Origin: Phoronis australis
Lineage: Eukaryota > Animalia > Phoronida
Length of the DNA stretch: 64,000 nucleotides
Direction: 5' to 3'
Assembly: GCA_002633005.1 (NCBI GenBank)
Contig: NMRA01000025.1
Coordinates: 1,444,548-1,508,547, forward strand
The notes beneath the pieces were generated by a model that was not told the DNA's origin, did not search any database, and saw only the letters and a program-made list of their open reading frames with translations. The translations under genes and the position numbers were made by a program. Each line of letters starts with the position of its first letter. The first letter of the stretch is position 1. This document shows positions 35,985 through 48,992 of this stretch, piece by piece.

Positions 35985-38900
35985 TTAATTAAAGTTTGCA
36001 TTTTCCTACGACTTTTGCCTGTTGAATGTTTACGTTTGTCATACTGAAACATCTCCACTCGTTTAGATTCTTCATTTTTGTACTTTTATACTGGTCAGCA
36101 GACTCAATATTAACTTTGAAATGCTGTGCGAACCCATAAATCCTTATCAGTCCTTGCCAGTTGATTAAAATTTTACATGGTATGCGTGAATAAAATTTTA
36201 GAATGCGTTGTTGTTGTCGAATTGAAACTAAAATATACGTACGCCTTGTCTAATTCGTATTTTTTGCAATCTGTGTAATCCGCGTGTGCATTTGATAAAC
36301 GTTTCCGATGATCGGATGCTGCTTACTTTACAACACTGGCTTGCAAAAGCAACGGAACCACTTCCATCAGAAACGATGCATGTGGTCTCATGATTTCGTG
36401 ACTTGAAAACTAGAAATTCGTGATATCTTCATGCAATACATTTGCATAATGAAATGTTTGAGCTACGAATTTTTTAACCATTTTTTCATTGAAAAGGGAA
36501 CACCTGTTCCATTCAAACAGTAAATTATGTTAAAATAGCTTATAGTGCCGTCCACACACACACAGACTTCCCCCAGAACAAGTTATTCCTGGAACGATCG
36601 TTGTCGCTAGGTGTATGCTGTCTGGACGCTATTTTAACTAGTGCAACTTACCCCACTTGTGACAACTTAGTCCACATTGTCGAGGTGGGGCAACTTGTTT
36701 TAGGGTAACTTGCGCCACTTGCAATCGTTTGTGGCGGCAAAACTGGGGTGGGGCGGAAGTAATTATCAGCTGCGGTTACATACAGACGCGTTTTCTTTTT
36801 CGCGCTGTAGTCTACTCGGCATTATGTGTTCATTGCCACGCACACAGTGACAACTTCCGCTTTGTTGTGCGTGTGGACGCTCCACTTACAGTAAAAGCAG
36901 TACTGTAGTGGGGCGTAGGCGCACGTAGGCGCAGCCAACCACCTTTTGGCATTTGAACGTAGCACCTACGCACCATAAGTTACGTAGTGTTCAAGGTGAT
37001 ACGGTGGGCTATGGGCGCCTACTTACCTCTTATTTTACCACTAAGCTAGTGCAAGTTGTTCTAGGGTAGGCTGTGTGAAGACGTAACTTTACTCTACCAA
37101 CTAAAGAAAATCAATGGCACAGTCGAGTGCAGAAGATTTATCAAAATTACCTGAGTAGGTCAGTCCTTCCAACATTGGGATACTTTTATTTAATCCACGT
37201 CAGCAATCTTAGTCTAGGGATAGTTATGTTACTAATTGCCATTGAAAAATACCCGCAGCCTGGTCACTATTCAACGCTAATTACCCCTTTGTGGATCTAG
37301 AGTAGGGTCCAGTTACGTGCCTCTAAGTATGAGTCCCAAACAAGGACTAAAAGTTTCCTAAACCTATTGTATATTTCTGGACATGCGAAAGCGCGGATTG
37401 TCCTTTGTTTTACCGATCATCACTAAGTAAATTTTTGGTTTTAATACAGATGAAACGTGAACTCTACGTTGAATTCTCAATATTATCGAAAATAAATAGG
37501 TGTCTTTTCATGCAACGTCTCTATAATTTAAGGACTAAATCCCTATTTATTTTCATTGAATTCAGGACTCAAAATGGAAAGAGGAGCTCGTAAAAAAGAT
37601 GACTTGATTGTAAGAGATAACTACACCCGCGGAGTGAAGAAAGACACAAATATGCTGTAGAGATAGGGAAGTTATTTGGTCGACAGCTTCATAAATTGAA
37701 GGAAATTGTCGTCGACTTACTGAAATTTAGACTTTCCAAAGCTATGTTCGTCGTAATTGTCCCTGAGGACTCATTTTATACACCCACTCTGACCAAACTC
37801 TGAGCTGAGGTTCACTGCATATCCATCAACTTAGGCTGGTGTTCCACTCCCCAAAAGTTCCTACACCTTTATTGTGGAAACTACGCACCCAATGTCACCA
37901 AACTCCAAAAAGAATTTGATATACATCAGCGTACTAGTATATGATCACATGAATTGGTAAATACACTACCAGGAGCAATTACAAAGAGAGCAGACACTGA
38001 AGGTGAATTTGACCTCTGGTTTTACTTCGCCATCCTAATAAGCTGTTGGATCAAAGTCAGCCATACAAATGCTTTTCCGGCGTCATATGCAGTTCCACAA
38101 AGGGATATCGCCATAGCACTTACTGTACCATTTCTTTATCTCTGAAAACTTGGCATTTTGTCCACAGATTTAGAGAAATGTGTAGCAAAGGCGTGGAGCT
38201 ATTTGATCTCTTACGAACGGAAACGGTTGAGGATCACTTCACACCACAGCATCTCTACGATTTGAGGTGAAAGGGGGACAGCGATATTGAAAATACACTG
38301 AAAGTCCTCAATCTTATGCGCCGGGACACAGCGAAGTTTTCAGATACTCTTCTTTGTTGTTGTCGCTTATACTTTGCTTGTGGGGTCTTCAGACCCACAA
38401 TGAGAAAGATCGTTTTCATGCTGCACCGCTTAAAAATACTGAGAAACAAAATTTAAGATGGCAGTGGGGATTGGGTCCAGGGGACATGTATCACTGTACT
38501 AACATAGAGTGTGTGTGTCAAGCTTCCACTACAAGAAACAACAAATTGTTTTCTTAATTGTATGTCTCGTTTACGAATAAGTATGACATGTAAGTTTTGT
38601 TTGAAGGCAGTGTTGTAAGTACAAATGTGTCAAAGTAACGGAGCAAAACAAGTGCTCTTTCTTAAAGATACTTTTTCAACAAAAATGAACTTCTATAAAA
38701 AGAATCCTACCTTGACTCCCCAACCGGTCAAGATTGGACAACTCGACCGGTTTGCGCACCCCAGAATTTATAGGTTTAGATCAAACACGCCATGCTGTTC
38801 AGTTGTGGTTAGTAATCGCCTCTGGCTGCTGAGGTTATAGATAATGAGGCTATCATAAACACGTCAGGGGAGACAATAATATTTTTAAATTTTCGTTTTG

Positions 38901-41900
38901 AAAGTTTGTAAATATCACATTTGAATACTTCCTGAGGACACGTAATTAGGTTTTTGAATTTTGAAAATTGGATAAGTGACCTTTGCAACTTTTGTTTAAT
39001 GTTGCAATATGTTTCTCATTAATTCTGCTGGGTGTGCAACATAATTGGGCCAATTAGGCTACCAAACCATCAGGCACCACTCAGGTCCAATCAGAACACG
39101 GAGCAATCGTAATGGAGCTATGGCTACGTATAGGCTCTCCCGCGATATCCCAGGTGACCGGCAGTAGCGCTGCGCGCTACGACTCCGTTTCCGTCGTCTG
39201 CTTCACTGTGCAATGAAGAAAATTACTTCATTTTTTAAAGAAAATAGAATCTGAGTGACGATGAAAAAACAGAAGCTGCTGGTAAGATGTGAATTTTAAT
39301 CGAAGCCTTAATGAATCACTCAGGAACTCATAATTCTCTCTTTGTCAAACCTTAACTTAAGACGTTCCAAAGCAATCGCGTCATTATGATTAATGCCAAC
39401 ACAAAAAACGGATTTGGTCTTTTGGGCAATTGAAGACTATTTTAAATACAACAAATTTGTTAGGAACTGATTGCACAAACTATATAAAGTGTAATAAGCA
39501 TTACAAAAAGAAGTAGGTCTCACGCGCCAACGTGGACCATAAACAAGTAGGTCTCTAAGTATCAAAGTACCAGTGGAATCGTGGTGGTGCAGTGGTAAAG
39601 CACGCGCGCTCTATCCGCCAGGTCGTGATTCAACCTGGTTCCCGGGCCTAACAAGATGACGTCACGGATAACTTGTGAAGGAACCAATCTCGTGGGTCTG
39701 TGTAGGAGACTAGTCGTGATTTCGAGTCTGTGGTAATTGCAGTTTTTCAAGTTTGACAAGTTCTCCGTGTTTTTTTTTCTTCTTGGATAATACTTCAGGA
39801 CTCAAGGAAAATGGTTAATTTTTAGAGAAAAAAAAACAGAAAAAGTTTCCTGGGCTATGCGCATTTACAATCGTGCTTTGCGCAAATGTTTACAGACAAA
39901 ATGTTGGGCCCCCCCTTGTGATATCCTAGATCTTCCACTGTACTGTATGAATACAGGACGTTATCGTAAACAAAAGTCAACGACAGTAGAAAGATGAATT
40001 CCGAAAAGGCACAATCACAATTTCTAGGCTTCACATTTCCTGAATATAAATTTTAAGCACCATTTTGTCTGTACAACAGACCACATTTACACTTTAGTCC
40101 ATCAGTCATGCCAGTTTATTTGCGTAAAGCGCTGCCTGTTGAGAATTCGACTAGCCAATCAGAAACGCCAATGTAAAAAATTTCAAGAGGAAAAATTAAG
40201 TGATACCTGCGTGCTGGCACGGCTACCGCCCCACCTAGCGGGCTGACGCGGCTACCGCCCCACCTAGCGGCACGCAGGGAACCAGTGAGTGACGCCCTAC
40301 CATGTGACAGATCGATGATTGGTTCAAATCATAAAACAGGGTTTACTTTTCTTTTAGGAGTATTGGTGACAATGGTTTTACAGACAGGAACATACCATAA
40401 TTTTACTTTGACCTCCTTTTTGTAGAGAAAATAGATCTGCCTTTGCATACCGACATTTTCTATTTCAGGAAATAAGTACTTTTGAAAAAAGCATGTTTTT
40501 TTCACAAGGTGCACGAAGTACACATTTGAAATTGCCTCCCCCCCCCCCGCAATAGAATACATAATTTTTTTCTATAACACAAAAATTCTATTTCAAATGT
40601 GTATATTATTTACAAGTTCATGTATAAGAGTTTAATCACACAATCAAAGATAACAGTTTATAAGACTTCTAAGTAGCTCATCACAATCAAACAGTAGCGA
40701 TCAGCTACGTAACACTTATGTATTACACGTCAGCCTCATGGTGGTCACTTTCTAACTCCGGCTACGTGAGCAAACGAACCCTACCAAGGAATCTGGAAAT
40801 GTCACAGCATGCATCTAATGCCATCGATAACAACAGAAACGAACTGCCTTCAGTAGACACAAGACACTAGAGAAAAAAGCTAGCATTGATCACGTGCTTT
40901 GCTGCTAATGCCTCTAGCAATATCTTGCGAAGACTTCATTGGTCCTGTGTTTTCGCACCTTATTTCTTGCATCTACGGAACGCAGACTTGGATTTGACAA
41001 TTCCTAAATAAGATGGGCTAACTATAGTTAGTTACTCATAGACAGATGAGAAACTAACAAGACAACAGAGCCGGGGACAGACGTACCACCAGGTGTCAGG
41101 ACACGAGATGGTATCGTGCAGCATATCTTTGAAACTATAGTTTATGATAGAATAAACATTTAAACATTAAATGCGTGATCCACACAAAAACATGACACAT
41201 AGGTGAGTTACAAAAATATAGACCTGTCAATCAAAGAGGACACCTTATGACTTTAATGTCACGATTTTAGTACAGTTGAAAAAAAAAACGTGCACAAGTC
41301 AGATTCAACCAAAATAAGAGTTAATACAAATAAGGAATAATCTGCCTGAACAGTTTCTGGAGGGTAAAGCACACTAACTAGAACCGGACCACAAAGCCTT
41401 GTTTCGCAAAAACGTGACTTGTGTTAGTCTGATTTATGCAAAAAAAAATTCTGTATTTAGCTCCCAAAGTATGAAAATATATACACAAAGCAAAATTTCT
41501 TCTGAAATAAAACCTTTCCCTATCACAACATGAGATATCTGTCAGTAATTGGTTAACAAGGGATAGACTCTGATAAAAGACATTTTCACCTCCCAAAGAG
41601 AGTCTATCGAGATGCCAGCGTAAACAAGCACAGCACCTCTATACCATTCAACATCCTTGGACTATATACTTAAATTAAAAACAAACAACAAGTTGAGTAC
41701 TACCAAATAAATAACATAACAAGAACATTTCGCCACTGACCAGTTAGCAAACCTCCAGTTGCATTGTTAAATAGTAACTGGATTTAATCAAAGATCAATG
41801 TACGACAATGAATCCCAGCAAAAGATTGAGCTCTCCTGAAAAGTTTGTTTACAACTTTACAACTCTGTAAAATGGTAAAACAGAACAACATTGTGAATCA

Positions 41901-44900
41901 ACCAACATTGACTGAGGTCTTCACCTGCTTAAAATGCATTGATATATATTGCCCCAAATTTAGATTGCTTAAACATACGAAACTATCTGATATTTGAATG
42001 TACATATCGAAATCTAAAAGACATTTCAATTAAAGTGAAACACAAAAGTTTTTGATGTTAGTTTAGTAAAATTACAGATCTGTTGTTATCTAGTAGATAC
42101 CTTGCTTGATGGTAATTGCTGTTCCCCTGGTGTCAGTGTTGCAAACTATCCATGGAACAACAGGACGTGAAGTGAACGACTGGGCAAAGGCCTGCACCTT
42201 GGTTGCGCATTCACTTCCATTGGTAATATACAATTACGCAAACTACGACTTGCAACTGAACATAGTCCATGTTGATCATTCATGCTTTCTCAAAGGACCA
42301 AGAAGTTGGCCATCCGCAGGGCTGTCTACATCACTTAATATTGCTTCATGGACAGTAAATATATGCCAGGGGAACACTAATTATGAAGCAAGGTGTCTAG
42401 GAGAGAACCAGGATCTGTACTGTTAATAAAAAATAATATCAAATTGAACAGTTACTTTCCCCTTTATCTTTAAAGAAGATGGGGTAGTTGTTCGAGAAAT
42501 TACAAAATCAGTTGATTGGTACAGCCCTTAACCGCGAACAGAATCTCGATTTACCTTACATACAATGATACGTTTCAAACACCAAAGAACTCCCGTGTTT
42601 TTTCATTGGGGAGTTTGCAAATGCTTCATTAAAACCTCGATTTAGTAACACAATACACAAAACACACAATAAAAGTGATATCCCTTAGGTCTTCATAGGT
42701 ATCATAGTGGATACACCTATTCAACTATCATGCAATACACAGTGTCATATTCCAAATTCAAAACCGCATGATGAAGTAAATTCAAAATGGTATTACGGAT
42801 ATTAAATTTCGAAACCGCATTACAGAGTAAACTTTAAATATTTGTGAAAGGTTCAGCCTCTAAACATGAGGTTTTAAAGAATTTTAACCAATTTTTCACA
42901 TTCTACAAAGTGAGTTTGATGCAATCATGGCAAGAGTGCACCAGTGAAAGTCAAGTATTCCACGAGCAAGCTAACAACTTTACTCGAGTACTCTAGCAAA
43001 ATGGCCGCCACCAAGGTGATTGATCTGTGAGACTGAAATATTGATCACAAACATCTTAAGTCTGGCTTGCACGCCACCTATTGGCCACATCACGGAATCT
43101 AGTGAGAGGTTGAATTATCAATAGCAGATTTCCAAGCGATAAACTCGCCGCAAGTGTTTAGCATTACAGTGCACTACCCTGGTTTTGTTTAACAACAGAA
43201 GTACATGACAGCTGAAAACCACATATCAACTAAAAGTTATAACCATTCTGAGCTCTGGAAGTGAATCAGAATAATTAAGATACACAGTCACAAAACTGTG
43301 AAATCAATTCCGCTTCATTATAAGCAATTATTTCTAAAACCCTCAGTGGAGTTTCTGCTCATTTCACCATGGAAACACTTTATTATCGGTCAGATTGGTT
43401 ACGCCTTATTGTGGAAGAGACCTTTGGTAAACACGTCTCCATGAAAACACTATTATCAATAAGACGGAGTCCTCCGTAGTAAGGAAGTGACGTTTGCAGA
43501 GTCTACAGGCACAAAGCCTGCAGCTAGTCTTAATATAATAGGTAGGACAGTTCAATAAAATTGGAAAATAAAATACATCTAAAAGCAGGCAATGAACAGA
43601 ATGCAACAAATTTTTCAGTTAGTAGTCAGAGACCGAGTCTCACTTAGTAACTCACAACACCATTCATAAAAATAAATTTATGGTACACCACAGAATGTTT
43701 GAGTTGAAAAAGTGACCATAACCTTTTTACCGATTGCCAAAGAGGCAAAGTCCAAGTAATAAACTCCGAAATGATTCAGACTGATAAATTAAATTCCACG
43801 AATCACTCGCGCATGCATGAATATCAGGTGGGTGTAACAAGATCAAATGAACTGCGCAAGAGGTCGCGAGGTATATACCTAAAATGGACAATAAAAAGTG
43901 GGAAACTCTGAAGGAAAGCAAGACGACTATTTTATCAACGATGACTGTCATAGCTCAGACTTTTACTGCTTCCGGTTTTTTATGAATTCAGGCGATCACT
44001 GTTATGCCTCTACCCTGATTAAAAATGATGGTAGTAACAATGCTTTTTTGGTGAAAATTCTGCATTTAGGTAGTTATCATAGGCATATAAATATGGATGG
44101 TCATATGATAGCTATAATCTAGCAAAAAAACTGGCGACGACGGCCCCAAATTAGCAGCAAAATACTAAAACGTAATAAAATATAGGAATTAAGTTCTAAT
44201 CAACGTTTTCACGCTGTGACTGTTACTATTGAAAGAACTGAATGTTGTGTGAATGTAATACCCTGTTGCCATGGTTTCAGGAATTAGGTACCTAATTGAG
44301 CAGAAGCTCCACAACATGTTAGTACAACTGTGCTAATGTTTTCACGCCTGAGAGAGTATAAGTTCCGCATCAGACAGATGAAAACAGACTTGGGAATATA
44401 TCCCATTCGGTGGTTTTCAAACATTTCGTGAATTCTTCGTTAAAGACACACAAACAAAGCAGTAAACGTGAAGACCCACTTTGTAATAAGCGAAGTGAGT
44501 GGTAAAAGTATTTAAAAGCGTTTAAAATGTAATCAGGTGCTCATCCCTTCATCGGCATGGCAGAACTTTAAAACAAACATATGAAAGAAAAGGGAACTCT
44601 GCTGCAGATCAAGGAGTCTACAGGTCCCCTCCTCACTGAGCCAACTATCTATGCCTACCGCAGGGATACCCTGGTCATGATCCCATATCGCATACTACTT
44701 GAAAATTAAGACACACCTGTTGGTACAATACATGTACCATGCTTGAGCCTTAATACAATAACAGACTTTGCTGTCATGTGAACATCATTAGATTAAGAAA
44801 AATAAAAATCATGACGAATTTGTTTCTTCTGAAGTAGACGAGACAATGGAAATTTATCAAAGACATACGTAATATTTTCCAAAACATGTTCTAAGTGTCC

Positions 44901-45176
44901 CCCTTCATCCGTGATTGCAGAATTAAAAACACCTGTTGGCCCAAACAACGAGGAAAAAACAGTGACGGCCAGAACGTTTCATTTTGGTTATTTTTGTATA
45001 TTTTCGCTGTCTTAACCGCCTTAGTCAGCATGACATGCACATCCCTTAAGACCCAGATTTACCCCATTTGTGAAACCTGTGAATACAACGGAGAGAGACC
45101 AACAACAGCAACTAAGACGAATATACAAGCCATCATCATCATGACCTCATACATATTCATAAGGCAGACTGTGACA

Positions 45177-45388
45177 TCATGCATATTCATCAGGCAAATT
45201 GTGAACCATCTCAATGACCAGCCGCTGCATAGATGCGCTTCGTTCTTTTGTAGTTTCCAATACTTCTTCATGATTGGCCGCCCGCTGGTCGTCATAATCG
45301 GTCACGCACTCGTTGGTTACCATGGAGATTCCAAAACACCGCATTCCGCAATGTGTTGCGGCGATTACTTCAAACACAGTACTCATAC
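45177..45388 (-). CDS. PNP: Purine nucleoside phosphorylase exon 6
   Basis: GMSTVFEVIAATHCGMRCFGISMVTN...NHEEVL; ttttcAG acceptor; TGA stop. Confidence 0.95.
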
Positions 45389-45796
45389 CTGAAAATCAAG
45401 CAGACTTTGTGTTGAACCATTACCAGCTTTTAAAACGATGAAGATTAAAAAAATGTCAAAGTCGGTATATATGTTGCCATCAATTTTGTTAATTAAATAC
45501 AGGGTTTTATTATTTTTTGTCCTTTTACGTACTTAATATTTCACCCCGAAGTCTTGAAACAAGTGTTCAAGCATAAGTTCCAACACATTCGGCAGAAAAT
45601 AAGTAGAAAATTATAGACATTGCTAACACAATTTTAGAAATGTCCACTTGAAAATAGTTGTATTTATACATAATCAAAATAAGGTGACTATAATAAATGA
45701 TTTTTTCAGGATTTGCCATTGTAATCTTAGTAAAGCTAGGACAGTGATGTTAAGTCTTGTTGTATCTACAATACAGTTTGCATCAAGAAAGCAACA

Positions 45797-46099
45797 ACAT
45801 GGAATACTGGTTGGTCTGTTAACATGGAATACTGGCTGGTCTGTTAACATGGAATACTGGCTGGTCTGTTAACATGCAATACTGGTTGGTCTGTTAATCA
45901 CATGCAATACTGGTTGGTCTGTTAACATGCAATACTGGTTGGTCTGTTAACATGCAATACTGGTTGGCCTGTTAACATGCAATACTGGTTGGTCTGTTAA
46001 CATGCAATACTGGTTGGTCTGTTAACATGCAATACTGGTTGGTCTGTTAACATGCAATACTGGTTGGTCTGTTAACATGCAATACTGGTTGGTCTGTTA
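45797..46099. repeat. 25-bp minisatellite (AACATGCAATACTGGTTGGTCTGTT)~12 in PNP intron 5
   Basis: Directly visible tandem units. Confidence 0.9.
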
Positions 46100-46569
46100 C
46101 ACGCTATTTCCTCCTCCATTTAAAATTAACCACATCTACTAAATTAACATGGCATGTATTGAACTGTGTTAAAAATTAACCGACTTCTAATAGCAAAGCC
46201 AAAATGGAAAAATGATGTCTTTACAGTTTTTTCAGCGAACTCCACGACATATCAACAATCTGACCACTGGGTCTCTTGTGATCGGGTCACAGATTGCAAC
46301 CAAATCATGGCGAGGTTTGATCACAACGTGACCAGTATGTCATCTGTTAATCAGATTGCGAGCAAGCCATGTAATTTCCTGACAAAACTTCCAAGAGAAT
46401 TGTTATTGATGCAGCAATGACATAAGAACTAGATTGATTTTTGATGAACTCGACAAACCAACAGAGCTTCTCTAGTAATTTTATGGTATTGTAGATACCA
46501 TGTCTTTGAAAAGAATGAACCTCATTCGTAAATGTTGCAACATTTGACCTCATTCCGTATGTCACTCAC

Positions 46570-46760
46570 CTACAACATCAGCTCCCAATAATCTCAACAT
46601 GTTACATTCTGCAATAGTTTCAAACGATGGTCCACCAAGCATCACATAGACCCCCTCCCTTACAGTGTCTCCAATACCGATTTCATTTGCCTTTTTTTTA
46701 CAGAGCTCTCGTAATTTGCGATCATACGCTCCAGAAACAGCCGGAAAACGGGGGCCCCAT
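46570..46760 (-). CDS. PNP: PNP exon 5
   Basis: WGPRFPAVSGAYDRKLR...EGVYVMLGGPSFETIAECNMLRLLGADVV; 191 bp, AG/GT bounded. Confidence 0.95.
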
Positions 46761-47036
46761 CTGAAAAATGCATGTAATCAAAACATTGAAGGTGGCATGT
46801 TTTAATTCAAGGACATGAAATAATATACAATGCAGTCAAATACACTTTTTCAATTAAGCATCAAAAAGTCATAGTAGTTCAAGCTGCATTTCGTCCCATT
46901 TAGCTGTCTAAAAAGCAAAAATCGAATTTGGCCTTTTATTCTAACAAAATCAGTCTCATAATATTCGCTACTTTGATCGAATTCTATTTCTGCTACCATC
47001 ATTAACATCAACGACTCACCAACGCACTTCAGAGTA

Positions 47037-47661
47037 CTGTAATTATCCTCTTATTTCGCACACTCACCTCATTTCACGTACAAAATTATTTGGAAATTAT
47101 GTTTCTCACTTATTTCGCGCAAGGCTACAAGGTGGAAATTTCTTGCTTTAAGTAATTCACACACAGTCAGTTTTAAGAGGTAGAATACAAAAACGATATT
47201 AGAGTGCAGCTTGAAAACCATGTTTCGATATTAGTCAAAGCTTCCTCAGGTCAATTTTGCACTTCAGAAAATATCAGTGCAAAGCCCTGTTATAAATCCC
47301 AGAAATACCCGCTTCTTTAACTGTGTGCAAATAAGGTTTGAACACTGTACATTTACCACTTAATCACCCATTCATATTGAATATCTCATGGTGATGTAAA
47401 CATGAAGTGAAAGTATCATTCGCTCAATTTTTTCACAAATGACACTGGCAGGTTAAAGTACTTTAAACTTTTACAATTAATTGCAGTCCGCAAGTTGCAT
47501 TTTGTTAAATATGCGCACAGGCAGTTGATAATGCCTGTTTACTCAGCTAATTTCATACATCTATCAACTACGGGGTCTGCATATTCGATTTGTTTTGCAC
47601 ACCCTGACTATCCGGAAAATATGATTAACTGAATTATTGCGAGATAAGAGGAGAATTACTG
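47037..47661. mobile_element. Tc1/mariner(pogo)-type MITE with TA target duplication
   Basis: TA|CTGTAATTATCCTCTTATTTCGCA ... TGCGAGATAAGAGGAGAATTACTG|TA. Confidence 0.65.
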
Positions 47662-48047
47662 TAACCAGTTATGGAGGAGGTGCTGGAATTGCCGAGATGC
47701 ATTAATGCAGTGGAGGATTTAGAGGGAGCCAAGGGGCCATGGCCCCCCTAAAATTCTCCCAGATTCCATTAGGCAGTTCGGAGGTGCGAATGTCTGACGG
47801 GCAAAGCCCTGGCTAATATGCTGCCCTGGCCCCCCCAACTCAAAATCCTGGATCCGCCCCCGTAATGCGGTGTCAAAAGTAACAAAACAATCATATTGGA
47901 TAGGTGACCTTTTTGTACCCTTGCCACGAAGGCCAGCCTTCCTAGCTAAGTTACTTGACGTCATTTTTACAAAGAACCACGGGTGAGAACAGAGTAGAAT
48001 CGGCTAATTCCTGCTAGGAAATGGTCTACTACAGGCACCAGACTCAC

Positions 48048-48223
48048 TTGTCATCATTTGGGCCCACCAGAGGGTTCCTACATGCAAACCCAGGCATGCT
48101 AATATGGTCCTTCATGATCATGAAATCTCCCACCTTGTACTCAGGGTTTAGCCCACCCGCAGCGTTGGTCACAAACAGTGTCTCCACTCCCAACAGCCGC
48201 ATCACCCTGACAGGCAGAGAAAT
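48048..48223 (-). CDS. PNP: PNP exon 4
   Basis: [41 protein letters not shown]...NPLVGPNDD; 176 bp. Confidence 0.95.
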
Positions 48224-48888
48224 CTACAGAAAAACAACAAGTAATAGACAGTGAACAAGAAAATTTAAAAATTGAATACATTAAAACCTCCTCAATTTAG
48301 GAGATAATATGAGGCAATTATTTTTGTCCAAAATCAACAACATAGCAACCGCGATTTTCTCTTATCTCTTTTGACATTGATGACAGATTTTAGGCAGATC
48401 ATTTGACTTTACAACAGTTTAACTTTTTCTTCTTCAACCGACTGCTCGCATTAAGACAACAAAAGTTATATAACGGAAAATACTCAATCAGTAGCAACCA
48501 ATATTTTAATTGCCAACTGGGATAAAAAATCAATTCTCATTACTACGGTGTGGCTACACTTCAAACACAACCAATTACATTACAGATTCAATTCCTACAG
48601 GTCTTAATAGAATTCATTTTGAAGCTGTTTTGAGAACATGCAGCAGCAGACTAAAAAATATTTGTAAGGTGAGATGCTTCGACTGAATTTTTTTTTAATT
48701 TTGATTATGTCAATTTCTGTATAATCTGATCATGGTATTCAATCTCAGTGCAAACTGAAACGGAAACCTAACCTTATATCTAAACAAAACGTAAGTGAAC
48801 CCTTTGCGTGAGTTTGAATGTGATAAATTCATGTTATCAACAAGCAACAATATGAAAAAAAGATTATTAGGAAATGAAATGCACTAAC

Positions 48889-48992
48889 CATTTGTGGTGG
48901 ATATCCTTCATACGGATGGAATCGTCCCTGCATACAAACAACGGTCTTTCCACCGAGAACGCCAAATACAAACTGGCCGACATGTCCAGGCA
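48889..48992 (-). CDS. PNP: PNP exon 3
   Basis: [31 protein letters not shown]; 104 bp. Confidence 0.95.

Noticed and set aside
45147-45179. Two in-frame TGA codons at the PNP end as selenocysteines
   Set aside because: Explained by the local 30-bp duplication; PNP homology already ends here and I could not identify a SECIS
45797-46099. CRISPR-like regular repeat
   Set aside because: Head-to-tail units without unique spacers, no cas genes, eukaryotic intron
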